Below are positions 50,944 through 60,849 of a stretch of DNA of 64,000 nt, piece after piece. The stretch is from an uncultured Actinomycetes bacterium (GTDB taxonomy: Bacteria > Actinomycetota > Acidimicrobiia > IMCC26256 > DASPTH01): positions 384,316 through 448,315 of the forward strand of contig CAWFGR010000008.1 in the NCBI GenBank assembly GCA_963815405.1. The letters are read 5' to 3'. The position numbers and the translations under genes were made by a program. The notes beneath the pieces were generated by a model, which did not search any database, was not told the DNA's origin, and was given only the letters and a program-made list of their open reading frames with translations. Every line of letters starts with the position of its first letter. Within the stretch, counting starts at the first letter, position 1.

Positions 50944-51411
50944 TCAGGCGGCGCGCACGCTCACGATCTGGACCGCGAAGGTGCGCCGCGGCCCGGTGTA
51001 GCTCACCATCTCACCGGGCGCGTGGCCGAGGAGCGCCTGCCCGAGCGGCGACGACGTCGACAGCACCTCGAGCGACTCGTGACGTTCCTCGATGGAGCCG
51101 ACGAGGTACGAGGTGGTCTCGTCATCGCCTTCGACGCGGATCTCGACCACGGTGCCCGGAGCCACGACATCGCCCGCGGGTCCCTCGACGACCACGGCGA
51201 CCTTCAGCATCTGGTCGAGTTGGCGGATGCGCGCCTCGTTGTGACCCTGCTCGTTCTTCGCCGCGTCGTAGTCGGCGTTCTCGCGGATGTCGCCGTGCTC
51301 GCGTGCCCGCTCGATCCACGCGGAGATGTCGCGGCGGCGAGTGGTCGAACGCTCCTCGAGCTCTTCGCGGAGACGCTCCAACGCCTGTTGGGAGAGGTGT
51401 GCCGGTTCCAT
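50944..51411 (-). CDS. greA: Transcription elongation factor GreA
   Basis: 155 aa with the coiled-coil N-domain DIRENADYDAAKNEQG and the GreA C-terminal domain. Confidence 0.95.
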   Translation of the reverse strand: MEPAHLSQQALERLREELEERSTTRRRDISAWIERAREHGDIRENADYDAAKNEQGHNEARIRQLDQMLKVAVVVEGPAGDVVAPGTVVEIRVEGDDETTSYLVGSIEERHESLEVLSTSSPLGQALLGHAPGEMVSYTGPRRTFAVQIVSVRAA

Positions 51412-51471
51412 GAGCGGACAGGCTACCGGGCCGGTCCCGGCGACCGAACGGGCGTCGGCGCCCGCGGGGCC

Positions 51472-52158
51472 CTAGCTCTTCGTGAAGAACAGCTGGAACT
51501 CGAGCTCTCCGTGGTCGTCAACCGAGGCCACGAACGTGGAGCTGGGCGCTCGGATGCCGTAGTCGGCGAACGCCACCGGAAGGCTTCTGACCACCTGGAT
51601 GATGCGGCCGTCCCAGCGAGCCTCGATGGCCACCGTCACCCGCTTCGTGACTCCGTGGAGGGTGAGGTCGCCCACCGCTTGCACGTTGACGGTCGTTCCG
51701 GCCGTCGGCGTCGCGTCGAGCGTGATGGGGGAGGCGAGGGCGAACTTCGCGGTCGGGAAGCGCCCGTACTCGATCCCCTGATCGCGGAGGCGCCCGTCGC
51801 GGAGGTCGTTGTCGGAGCGCAGCGCCGTCATGTCGGCGGTGATCGTCACGCCGTCGAGGGTCGTGCCCGTGACGCGGAGCAGCCCTTGCACCCTGCTCGT
51901 GCGTCCCGTGGCCTCGGTCTGCACGACGTTGGCCACGAGCTTCTCCGTGACCCGATAGCCGACGAAGCTTTTCGTGTTGTTGGCGTCGAGGGTGTAGTTG
52001 CCGTCGGCGGTGGCGCCCGCCGCGGTGGCGACCGTGAGCGTCTCGACGATTCGGGCCCGCGGCGCGGGGTCGCTCTTCAAGAAGAAGTACCACCCCCCGA
52101 CGGCGGCGACTGCCAAGACGATGGCAATGACGACGCCGAGCTTGAGCAGGCGTAGCAT
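51472..52158 (-). CDS. YceI-family periplasmic/lipid-binding protein with N-terminal anchor
   Basis: ATG 52158 within track ORF 51472..52479. It has a TM anchor, then a YceI-like beta barrel (SFVGYRVTEKL.., LTLHGVTKRVTV). Confidence 0.8.
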   Translation of the reverse strand: MLRLLKLGVVIAIVLAVAAVGGWYFFLKSDPAPRARIVETLTVATAAGATADGNYTLDANNTKSFVGYRVTEKLVANVVQTEATGRTSRVQGLLRVTGTTLDGVTITADMTALRSDNDLRDGRLRDQGIEYGRFPTAKFALASPITLDATPTAGTTVNVQAVGDLTLHGVTKRVTVAIEARWDGRIIQVVRSLPVAFADYGIRAPSSTFVASVDDHGELEFQLFFTKS

Positions 52159-52276
52159 CAGGATCCCTTCAGGTCGCCACAAGGCGGGCTCCACGTATAC
52201 CCAGCGGGGAGCCGAGCGGTGGCACCTCCAGGGCGATTCACAGCCGGTTCTCCCTGTGGACGCCGCTGGATGTCGT

Positions 52277-52409
52277 TTGACTGCTCGGCGGGCGCTGTGG
52301 AAGCATGGTTGACCCATGGTGCGCCTCGCCACCTCGTTCGTCGTCATTCGGTAGCGGACGCCGGCTGCCGGCGTTCGCGTGCGACCGTCCACTTCGGTGG
52401 GCGGTTTTT
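52277..52409 (+). promoter_or_regulatory. leuB-ilvE-cimA promoter plus leader-peptide transcription attenuator
   Basis: The elements are TTGACT (52277-82), an 18-nt spacer, TG-G-AAGCAT (52301-06), then the leader ORF 9 nt later. These are followed by the hairpin ACGCCGG-CTG-CCGGCGT (52358-52374) and the terminator CCGTCCAC-TTCG-GTGGGCGG plus TTTTT (52385-52409). Confidence 0.6.
52316..52354 (+). CDS. Branched-chain-rich leader peptide MVRLATSFVVIR
   Basis: 12 codons with Leu, Val-Val-Ile near the end, then TAG. Its spacing from the -10-like box is the same as for the leuA leader. Confidence 0.45.
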   Translation: MVRLATSFVVIR

Positions 52410-52456
52410 CGTTGTCGGCGCCGGCGCGGCGCCCTCCACCAACACGGAAGTGATCA

Positions 52457-53449
52457 GTGACCCACCGCATCGGGATCATCGGAGGCGACGGGATCGGACC
52501 CGAGGTCGTCGCGCAGGCCGAGAAGGTCGTGCGCGCCGCGGGCGTCGACTACGAGGCCGTCCCGTTCGACCTCGGCGGGGCGCGCTACCTGCGTGACGGC
52601 GCCATCCTCCCCGACGCCGACCTGGACGCGATCCGCACGCTCGACGTGGTGCTCCTCGGCGCGGTCGGCACGCCGGAGGTCCCGCCTGGCGTCATCGAGC
52701 GGGGCCTGCTGCTGCGGCTGCGCTTCGAGCTCGACCTGTACGTGAACCTCCGACCGTTCCTTGCCCCGCCCGGACCGCTCAACGGCGGCGTCGACATGCT
52801 CGTGGTGCGCGAGAACACCGAGGGCACGTACGCCGGTGAGGGTGGCTTCCTGCGCAAGGGCACGCAGCACGAGATCGCCACCCAGGGTTCGGTGAACACA
52901 CGGATGGGCGTCGAGCGATGCGTGCGGTACGCGTTCGAGCTCGCCGAGGCACGCGAGCGCAAGCACGTCACGCTGGTGCACAAGACGAACGTGCTCACCT
53001 TTGCCGGGGAGCTGTGGCAGCGCACGTTCGAAGAGGTGGCGCGGTCCTACCCCCGTGTCGGCACCGGCTACCACCACGTCGACGCGGCCTGCATCTACTT
53101 CGTGCAGGATCCGGGGCGCTACGACGTGATCGTGACCGACAACCTGTTCGGCGACATCCTCACCGATCTCGGAGGCGCGATCAGTGGGGGGATCGGCCGT
53201 GCGGCGTCGGCCAACCTCAACCCCGCTCGCACGGGCCCCTCCGTCTTCGAGCCGGTGCACGGCTCCGCGCCCGACATCGTTGGCACCGGCAGGGCCGATC
53301 CGCGCGCCGCGGTGATCTCGGCCGCGATGATGTTGGAGTTCCTCGGCGAGCACGACGCGACCGCGCGGGTGCGAGAGGCGCTCACGAAGACCGATGATGT
53401 CGTTGGGACCACCGCCGAGATCGGCGATGCGATCGTGGAGAGGCTGTAG
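52457..53449 (+). CDS. leuB: 3-isopropylmalate dehydrogenase
   Basis: GTG 52457. Motifs: IGIIGGDGIGPEV, LVRENTEG.Y, NLFGDILTDL. Confidence 0.95.
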   Translation: MTHRIGIIGGDGIGPEVVAQAEKVVRAAGVDYEAVPFDLGGARYLRDGAILPDADLDAIRTLDVVLLGAVGTPEVPPGVIERGLLLRLRFELDLYVNLRPFLAPPGPLNGGVDMLVVRENTEGTYAGEGGFLRKGTQHEIATQGSVNTRMGVERCVRYAFELAEARERKHVTLVHKTNVLTFAGELWQRTFEEVARSYPRVGTGYHHVDAACIYFVQDPGRYDVIVTDNLFGDILTDLGGAISGGIGRAASANLNPARTGPSVFEPVHGSAPDIVGTGRADPRAAVISAAMMLEFLGEHDATARVREALTKTDDVVGTTAEIGDAIVERL

Positions 53450-53451
53450 CG

Positions 53452-54372
53452 ATGCCCGTCACCAAGACCGACAAGATCTGGATGGACGGCACGCTCGTCG
53501 ACTGGGACGCCGCAACCGTCCACATCCTCAGCCACACGATGCACTACGGCTCCGGCGTGTTCGAAGGCGTCCGCGCGTACGCCACCGCCGACGGTCCGGC
53601 GATCTTCCGCCTCGACGATCACATCCGGCGTCTGTTCGACTCCGCGGACCTGCTGATGATCGACGTTCCGTTCTCGCTCGCCGAGCTCATCGAGGCGACG
53701 AAGGAGACCGTGCGCGTCAACCACGTGGAGTCCTGCTACATCCGACCCCTCGTGTACCTCGGCTACGGGGAGATGGGGCTCAATCCGCTTCCGTGCCCGG
53801 TCAACGTGTCGATCGCGGTGTGGCCCTGGGGGAGCTACCTCGGTGACGAAGGGCTGCGTCGGGGCGTGCGCATGAAGATCTCGTCGTGGCGGCGCATGGA
53901 CGCGAACGTGAACCCAGTGGCGGCCAAGGGCACGGGGATCTACGTGAACTCCAGCCTGGCCAAGGTGGAGGCCTTGAAGGCGGGCTACGACGAGGCGATC
54001 CTGCTCAACTCGCTTGGTCACGTTGCGGAATGCACCGGTGAGAACCTGTTCATCGTCCGCGACGGCGTGCTGGTCACCCCGCCGCTCTCGAGCGGTGCGC
54101 TCGAGGGCATCACCCGTGACTCCGTCATGACGATCGCGCGCGACCTCGGGTACGAAGTGCGCGAGGACAACCTGCTCCGCCACGACCTCTACCTCGCCGA
54201 CGAAGCGTTCCTCACCGGCACGGCCGCGGAGCTGGTACCCATCCGTTCGGTCGACGACCGCGAGATCGGCGAGCCGGGCGAGATCACCCGCAAGCTCCAA
54301 GAGACGTACTTTGCCGTCGTACGCGGCGAGGTCGAGCAGTACAAGCGCTGGTTGACGTATGTCGGGAGTTGA
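53452..54372 (+). CDS. ilvE: Branched-chain amino acid aminotransferase (class IV)
   Basis: 306 aa. Motifs: HYGSGVFEGVRAY, EAILLN..GHVAECTGENLF, GITRDSV. Confidence 0.95.
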   Translation: MPVTKTDKIWMDGTLVDWDAATVHILSHTMHYGSGVFEGVRAYATADGPAIFRLDDHIRRLFDSADLLMIDVPFSLAELIEATKETVRVNHVESCYIRPLVYLGYGEMGLNPLPCPVNVSIAVWPWGSYLGDEGLRRGVRMKISSWRRMDANVNPVAAKGTGIYVNSSLAKVEALKAGYDEAILLNSLGHVAECTGENLFIVRDGVLVTPPLSSGALEGITRDSVMTIARDLGYEVREDNLLRHDLYLADEAFLTGTAAELVPIRSVDDREIGEPGEITRKLQETYFAVVRGEVEQYKRWLTYVGS

Positions 54373-55985
54373 CCGATCGGCCCGCCGTGAGGAGGGCACC
54401 CCCGCGGGTCGAGATCTACGACACGACCCTGCGCGACGGCAGCCAGCTCGAGGGCATCTCGCTCACGGTCGACGACAAGCTGCGCATCGCCGAGCAGCTC
54501 GACTGGCTCGGGGTCGACTACATCGAAGCGGGGTGGCCGGGCGCGAACCCCAAGGACGAGGAGCTCTTCCGGCGTGCCCCCTCGGAGCTGGAGCTCGACA
54601 CGAGCACGCTGGTTGCCTTCGGGTCCACGCGGCGCGTGAAGGGCAAGGTCGACTCCGACGACACGCTGCGCCACCTCGTCGAGGCCGACACGTCGACCGT
54701 CTGCATCGTCGGCAAGAGCTGGGACTACCACGTCACCGAGGCGCTCCAGACCACGCTCGACGAAGGCGTCGCGATGGTCGCGGACTCGGTCGCGTTCCTG
54801 AAGGCGAACGGCCGCGAGGTGTTCTTCGACGCCGAGCACTTCTTCGACGGCTACCGCCGCAACCCCGAGTTCAGCCTCCGCGTGCTCGAAGCGGCGGCGA
54901 CCGCGGGCGCGACGAGGCTCGTCCTGTGCGACACCAACGGTGGCTCGTTGCCGTTCGAGATCGAGCGGATCGTGCGTGAGGTCGTCGACTACTTCGGCAA
55001 GGACGTCGGCGTTGCCTTGCACCTGCACGACGACGCCGGCACCGGTGTCGCGAACGCGCTTGCCGGTGTCCGTGGGGGAGCGATCCAGGTCCAAGGGACG
55101 ATCAACGGCTACGGCGAGCGGACCGGCAATTGCAACCTCACGACGATCATCCCCAACCTGACGCTGAAGATGGGTGTGGCCACCATTCCCGCCGACCGGC
55201 TCGAACGGCTCACGCCGGTCGCGCATCACGTGGCCGAGCTCGTGAACATGGCGCTGAACCCGCAGGCCCCCTACGTCGGGGGTTCGGCGTTCGCCCACAA
55301 GGCAGGTCTCCACGTGAGCGCGATCGTGAAGCGTCCTGACGCGTACGAGCACGTTGCGCCGGAGTCCGTCGGCAACGGCACCCGCTTCGTGGTGTCGGAG
55401 CTCGCGGGGAAGAGCACGCTCACGCTGAAGGCGAAGGAGCTCGCGATCGCGCTCGACGGTCCGCAGCTCAACGAGCTGATCGACACGCTCAAGCGCATGG
55501 AGCACGAGGGCTACCACTTCGAGGTGGCCGACGCGTCGCTCGAGCTGTTGATGCGGCGTGCGGGTGGTTGGGCGCAGCCCTACTTCTCGGTGGAGTCGTT
55601 CCGGGTGATCACGGACGACCCCGAGCCGGGGACCAACGCCTCCTCGTCGACGACGGAGGCCACGGTCAAGGTCCACATCGGGGGCGAGCGTCTCATCGCC
55701 ACCGCCGAGGGCAACGGCCCGGTCAACGCGCTCGACGCCGCGCTGCGCCGGGCGCTCGGTGGGAGGTTCGCCGCGCTCGAGCACGTCCACCTCACCGACT
55801 ACAAGGTGCGCGTCCTCGACACGGCCAAGGGCACGGGCGCGGTCACGCGGGTGCTGCTCGACTCCACTGACGGTGAGCGGACCTGGACCACCATGGGGGT
55901 GAGCGAGAACATCATCGAGGCCTCGTGGCTCGCGCTGGTCGACTCGATGGTGTACGGCTTGCTCCGAGCCGAGCTCGCGCAGTAG
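54369..55985 (+). CDS. cimA: Citramalate synthase / LeuA-related (TIGR00977-like)
   Basis: The TTG overlaps the ilvE stop. Motifs: IYDTTLRDGSQLEGISLTV, HLHDDAGTGVANALAG, and a C-terminal LeuA_dimer domain. Confidence 0.85.
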   Translation: MTDRPAVRRAPPRVEIYDTTLRDGSQLEGISLTVDDKLRIAEQLDWLGVDYIEAGWPGANPKDEELFRRAPSELELDTSTLVAFGSTRRVKGKVDSDDTLRHLVEADTSTVCIVGKSWDYHVTEALQTTLDEGVAMVADSVAFLKANGREVFFDAEHFFDGYRRNPEFSLRVLEAAATAGATRLVLCDTNGGSLPFEIERIVREVVDYFGKDVGVALHLHDDAGTGVANALAGVRGGAIQVQGTINGYGERTGNCNLTTIIPNLTLKMGVATIPADRLERLTPVAHHVAELVNMALNPQAPYVGGSAFAHKAGLHVSAIVKRPDAYEHVAPESVGNGTRFVVSELAGKSTLTLKAKELAIALDGPQLNELIDTLKRMEHEGYHFEVADASLELLMRRAGGWAQPYFSVESFRVITDDPEPGTNASSSTTEATVKVHIGGERLIATAEGNGPVNALDAALRRALGGRFAALEHVHLTDYKVRVLDTAKGTGAVTRVLLDSTDGERTWTTMGVSENIIEASWLALVDSMVYGLLRAELAQ

Positions 55986-55994
55986 CACTCTCTC

Positions 55995-57975
<1,981 letters not shown>

Positions 57976-58029
57976 CCGACGGCAACGTTGCCGGGCCGAT
58001 CGATGCCACTGGCTATCCTGACTGGACCT

Positions 58030-58104
58030 TCGGGGGTGGTGTAATCGGCAACACAACAGGTTCTGGCCCTGTCATTGGGGGTTCGAGTCCTCCCCCCCGA
58101 GCCA
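58030..58104 (+). tRNA. tRNA-Gln (anticodon CTG), CCA encoded
   Basis: Manual cloverleaf: acceptor TCGGGGG/CCCCCGA, D arm GTGT-AATCGGCA-ACAC, anticodon arm ACAGG-TTCTGGC-CCTGT, T arm GGGGG-TTCGAGT-CCTCC. Confidence 0.85.
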
Positions 58105-58122
58105 TGCAAGCTCCCAAGATCC

Positions 58123-58195
58123 GGCCCCGTCGTCTAGCGGCCTAGGACGCCGCCCTCTCAAGGCGGAAGCGGCAGTTCGAATCTGCTCGGGGCTG
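58123..58195 (+). tRNA. tRNA-Glu (anticodon CTC)
   Basis: Manual cloverleaf: acceptor GGCCCCG/CGGGGCT, D arm GTCT-AGCGGCCTA-GGAC, anticodon arm CCGCC-CTCTCAA-GGCGG, T arm GGCAG-TTCGAAT-CTGCT. Confidence 0.85.
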
Positions 58196-58200
58196 CACAC

Positions 58201-58228
58201 ACGAGCCCGGCCCTCGGGCCGGGCTCGT
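58201..58228 (+). terminator. Perfect 12-bp GC-rich hairpin directly after tRNA-Glu
   Basis: ACGAGCCCGGCC-CTCG-GGCCGGGCTCGT starts 6 nt after the tRNA. A single T and no U tract follow it. Confidence 0.45.
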
Positions 58229-58697
58229 TCGCGTCGTGGTGAAGAAGCGCCAGACGTTGTCGTCGTCGGTGGGGCATGTCCCTCGCCTGCTCAGACATCG
58301 CTTGCTTCTGGTCGCGCTCGCTCGGCAGCGGGATACCCGCTGCCGCCCTCCGGGGCGCTCGCCGCTCCTGCGAACTCGCGACCGAACGACATGCCCATCG
58401 ACGTCGCGACGCGCGCGTGCGCGACGCGAGTCGCGCGCGGTGTCGAGCAGAGTCGAAGCCGCGTGAAAGTGTTGGAAATCCACCACTTTTGGGTTTGGTT
58501 GTCTTACGCTGCGCGCGGATCAAGCGGGTGAGACGCGCGTACGCGAAGCGCAATGGATGTGCAGGTGTGTGCGAACGCCGCGTCACACGAGGAGACGTGG
58601 AACACAACGACAGCATGACGCGCGCGTCTCAAATGCTTGACCGATCGCTGTAAATGCGTTCAACTGCTTTCGCACACGCACAATCTCGGAGGGAAGC

Positions 58698-58970
58698 GTG
58701 AACAAGTCAGAGCTCGTCGAGAAGGTCGCCGACAAGGCCGGCCTCAGCAAGGCCGACGCGGAGCGCGCGGTGAACGCGCTCATCGACTCGGTGCAGAGTG
58801 CCGTCGCGAGCGGCGACAAGGTCACGGTGCCCGGTTTCGGGTCGTGGTCGGCAACCACGCGTGCAGCGCGCACCGGTCGCAACCCCCGCACCGGTGAGCC
58901 GGTACAGATCGCGGCATCGAAGGGCGTGAAGTTCTCGGCGGGAGCCGCCTTCAAGTCCGCCGTGAAATAG
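58698..58970 (+). CDS. hup: HU-family DNA-binding protein (core domain only, 90 aa)
   Basis: GTG 58698 follows GGAGGGAAGC. The sequence MNKSELVEKVADKAGLSKADAERAVNALIDSV...RNPRTGEPV is canonical HU. Confidence 0.95.
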   Translation: MNKSELVEKVADKAGLSKADAERAVNALIDSVQSAVASGDKVTVPGFGSWSATTRAARTGRNPRTGEPVQIAASKGVKFSAGAAFKSAVK

Positions 58971-59019
58971 GCAGCGACAACACCGTCGGCGCCTACGAGC
59001 AACTATCCCCACGAGAAAG

Positions 59020-59427
59020 GTGGTGACCGTGCCTCCGGCAAAGAAGACAACAGCACGGAAGACGACAGCCAAGAGGACACCCGCAAAGCGCACCGTCAAG
59101 CGGGCGCCCGCAAAGCGGACTGTCAAGAAGGCGGCAACGAAGCGGACGGCCAAGAAGGCCCCCGCGAAGAAGCGGACTGTCAAGAAGGCGGCAACGAAGC
59201 GGACGGCCAAGAAGGCCCCCGCGAAGAAGCGGACGGTCAAGAAGGCGGCAACGAAGCGGACGGCCAAGAAGGCCCCCGCGAAGAAGCGGACGGTCAAGAA
59301 GGCGGCAGCGAAGAAGCGGACCACTGCCCGCAAGACCACTGCCCGCAAGACCACTGCCCGCAAGACCACTGCTCGCAAGACCACTGCCCGGAAGGCGCCG
59401 GCCAAGCGAGCGATGAAGCGCGCCTAG
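59020..59427 (+). CDS. Lys/Ala/Thr-rich histone H1-like repeat protein
   Basis: 135-aa ORF made of (K)KRTVKKAATKRTAKKAPA and RKTTA repeats. The start is GTG 59020 or 59029, after GAGAAAGG. It resembles the C-terminal tail of mycobacterial/streptomycete HupB. Confidence 0.7.
   Translation: MVTVPPAKKTTARKTTAKRTPAKRTVKRAPAKRTVKKAATKRTAKKAPAKKRTVKKAATKRTAKKAPAKKRTVKKAATKRTAKKAPAKKRTVKKAAAKKRTTARKTTARKTTARKTTARKTTARKAPAKRAMKRA
59110..59310 (+). repeat. 57-bp tandem repeat, about 3.5 copies (coding)
   Basis: Units at 59110, 59167, 59224 and 59281 are nearly identical (AAGAAGCGGAC[TG]GTCAAGAAGGCGGCAACGAAGCGGACGGCCAAGAAGGCCCCCGCG). Confidence 0.85.
59320..59394 (+). repeat. 15-bp tandem repeat, 5 copies (coding, RKTTA)
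   Basis: ACCACTGCCCGCAAG is repeated at 59320, 59335, 59350, 59365 and 59380, with single substitutions. Confidence 0.85.
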
Positions 59428-59509
59428 CTCGGCTGCCCCTCGGGGCGACTCGATCCACGATGCAGGGGCCCTCCGGGGCCCCTGCATCATTGTCGCCAGA
59501 GCGTCGCGA

Positions 59510-60230
59510 TCAGAGCTCGTCGATCCGCTTGTACGCCTCGACCGACACGCCCACTTCGATGCTGAGAGCGGCTGCTTCGCGCTGCACCCGTTCGAGAAGC
59601 AACCCGAGTGCCCGGTCGTCGGGCATCGCCGGATCGAGTGCGAGGGTCGAGCGCCACTGGCTCCGGTGGCAGCGCAACGCCTCGGGCTTGACTGCGAGAT
59701 GCGCGCCGACGCGTTCCGAGTGATCGATCTCGTCGGCTTCGAACAGCAGGAGATGCGTCGGACGGTGCGGCGCGCCCCGGCCGGGGAAGAAGTGCGGATC
59801 GCGGGCCGCGACGATCCCCTCGACCGCGAGGAGCCCGGCATGGCGGTGGTCGGGATGGAGCCGGTAGCGCTTCCACGGGTCATGACCCAGGACCACGTCA
59901 GGTCGGGCGGCGCGGATGACAGCAGACACCGCTGCCCTGGTTGCGAGGTCGTGGTCCAGCTCGCCGTCGACGCGGCCGAGCATGTGCACCCCGGATGCGT
60001 GGAGCACCCGGACCGCTGCTTCTTGTTCCGCGCGGCGAGTCGCGACGAGCGTCGCCGGATCGACACCGGCGTCCCACGAGCCTTTCGATCCGTCGGTCAG
60101 GACCAGCAGCTCGACGTGGGCTCCGCCCGCAGCCCACTTGGCGAGCGTCGCGCCGCAGTGGAGCTCGATGTCGTCGGGGTGCCCCGATTGCCAAGACGTG
60201 TCGCGGGCGTGGGAGGTCGACGGAGCTCAT
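59510..60230 (-). CDS. PIG-L/LmbE-family deacetylase (apparent frameshift at 60182-60185)
   Basis: ATG 60230 (MSSVDLPRPRHVLAIG), then a frame change at a 4-nt G/C run into HPDDIELHCGATLAKW...; the C-terminal part is track ORF 59510..60007. Confidence 0.8.
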
Positions 60231-60811
60231 TCGGGCGTCTCGGCACGCGCGTGCATGAGGAGCTCGAGGTCTGCCGGCGTGTCGACGTCGAAGGCGAGCG
60301 CGGGGTCGCGGACCACGCGGACGGTGAGGCCGCGCGATTCGGCGATCGCGACGTGCCGTCGGAACGAACCGGGGCCGTAGGCGAAGGGGAAGTCGGGCTC
60401 CGCGGGAATCGACAGCACGGGGGTCCCGTCGTCGCGATGACATGGGACGATCGCGACCGTCGCCTCGTCCAGCGCGTCGAGCACGGGCGCGAACGTACGG
60501 GCGAGCGGCAGATCGGCGTGGGCGACGACCACGCGTTCGCAGCCTTGGGCCGCGAGGGCGCGGCGCCCCTGGTCGGCGGCCTCGTCGAGTGAGCCCGGGT
60601 CGGCGACGACCGCGGCGCCCTGTTCCGCTGCCCAGGCGACGACCTCGGGGTCGGAGCTGACGACGACGACCAGAAGCCCCTGCGCGGCCTCCACGACCGT
60701 CGTCGCCCAGGTTCGAGCCAACGTCGCGCGGCGCGCGGGAGCGAGGTGATCAGCGAGGCGGGCCTTCGCGTGCGAGAACGCACGCACGGGCACCACCACA
60801 CCCGCGTGCAC
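60227..60811 (-). CDS. cofC: 2-phospho-L-lactate (phosphoenolpyruvate) guanylyltransferase, F420 biosynthesis
   Basis: 194 aa. It has the N-terminal VVVPVRAFSHAKARL, HADLPL and the C-terminal DVDTPADL, as in mycobacterial FbiD/CofC (from memory). The stop overlaps the PIG-L start. Confidence 0.8.
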   Translation of the reverse strand: MHAGVVVPVRAFSHAKARLADHLAPARRATLARTWATTVVEAAQGLLVVVVSSDPEVVAWAAEQGAAVVADPGSLDEAADQGRRALAAQGCERVVVAHADLPLARTFAPVLDALDEATVAIVPCHRDDGTPVLSIPAEPDFPFAYGPGSFRRHVAIAESRGLTVRVVRDPALAFDVDTPADLELLMHARAETPE

Positions 60812-60849
60812 ACACGCGCTGGCACGAGTCGAGACCCATCGGTGACCGT

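Noticed and set aside
58142-58616. Minus-strand ORFs of 114 and 152 aa overlapping tRNA-Glu and the downstream gap
   Set aside because: They overlap a tRNA gene, are Arg/Ser/Pro-rich and have no start context.
59110-59394. CRISPR-like or satellite repeat array
   Set aside because: The repeats are directly abutting with no spacers, are in frame, and encode the Lys/Ala/Thr repeats of an H1-like protein. No cas genes are present.
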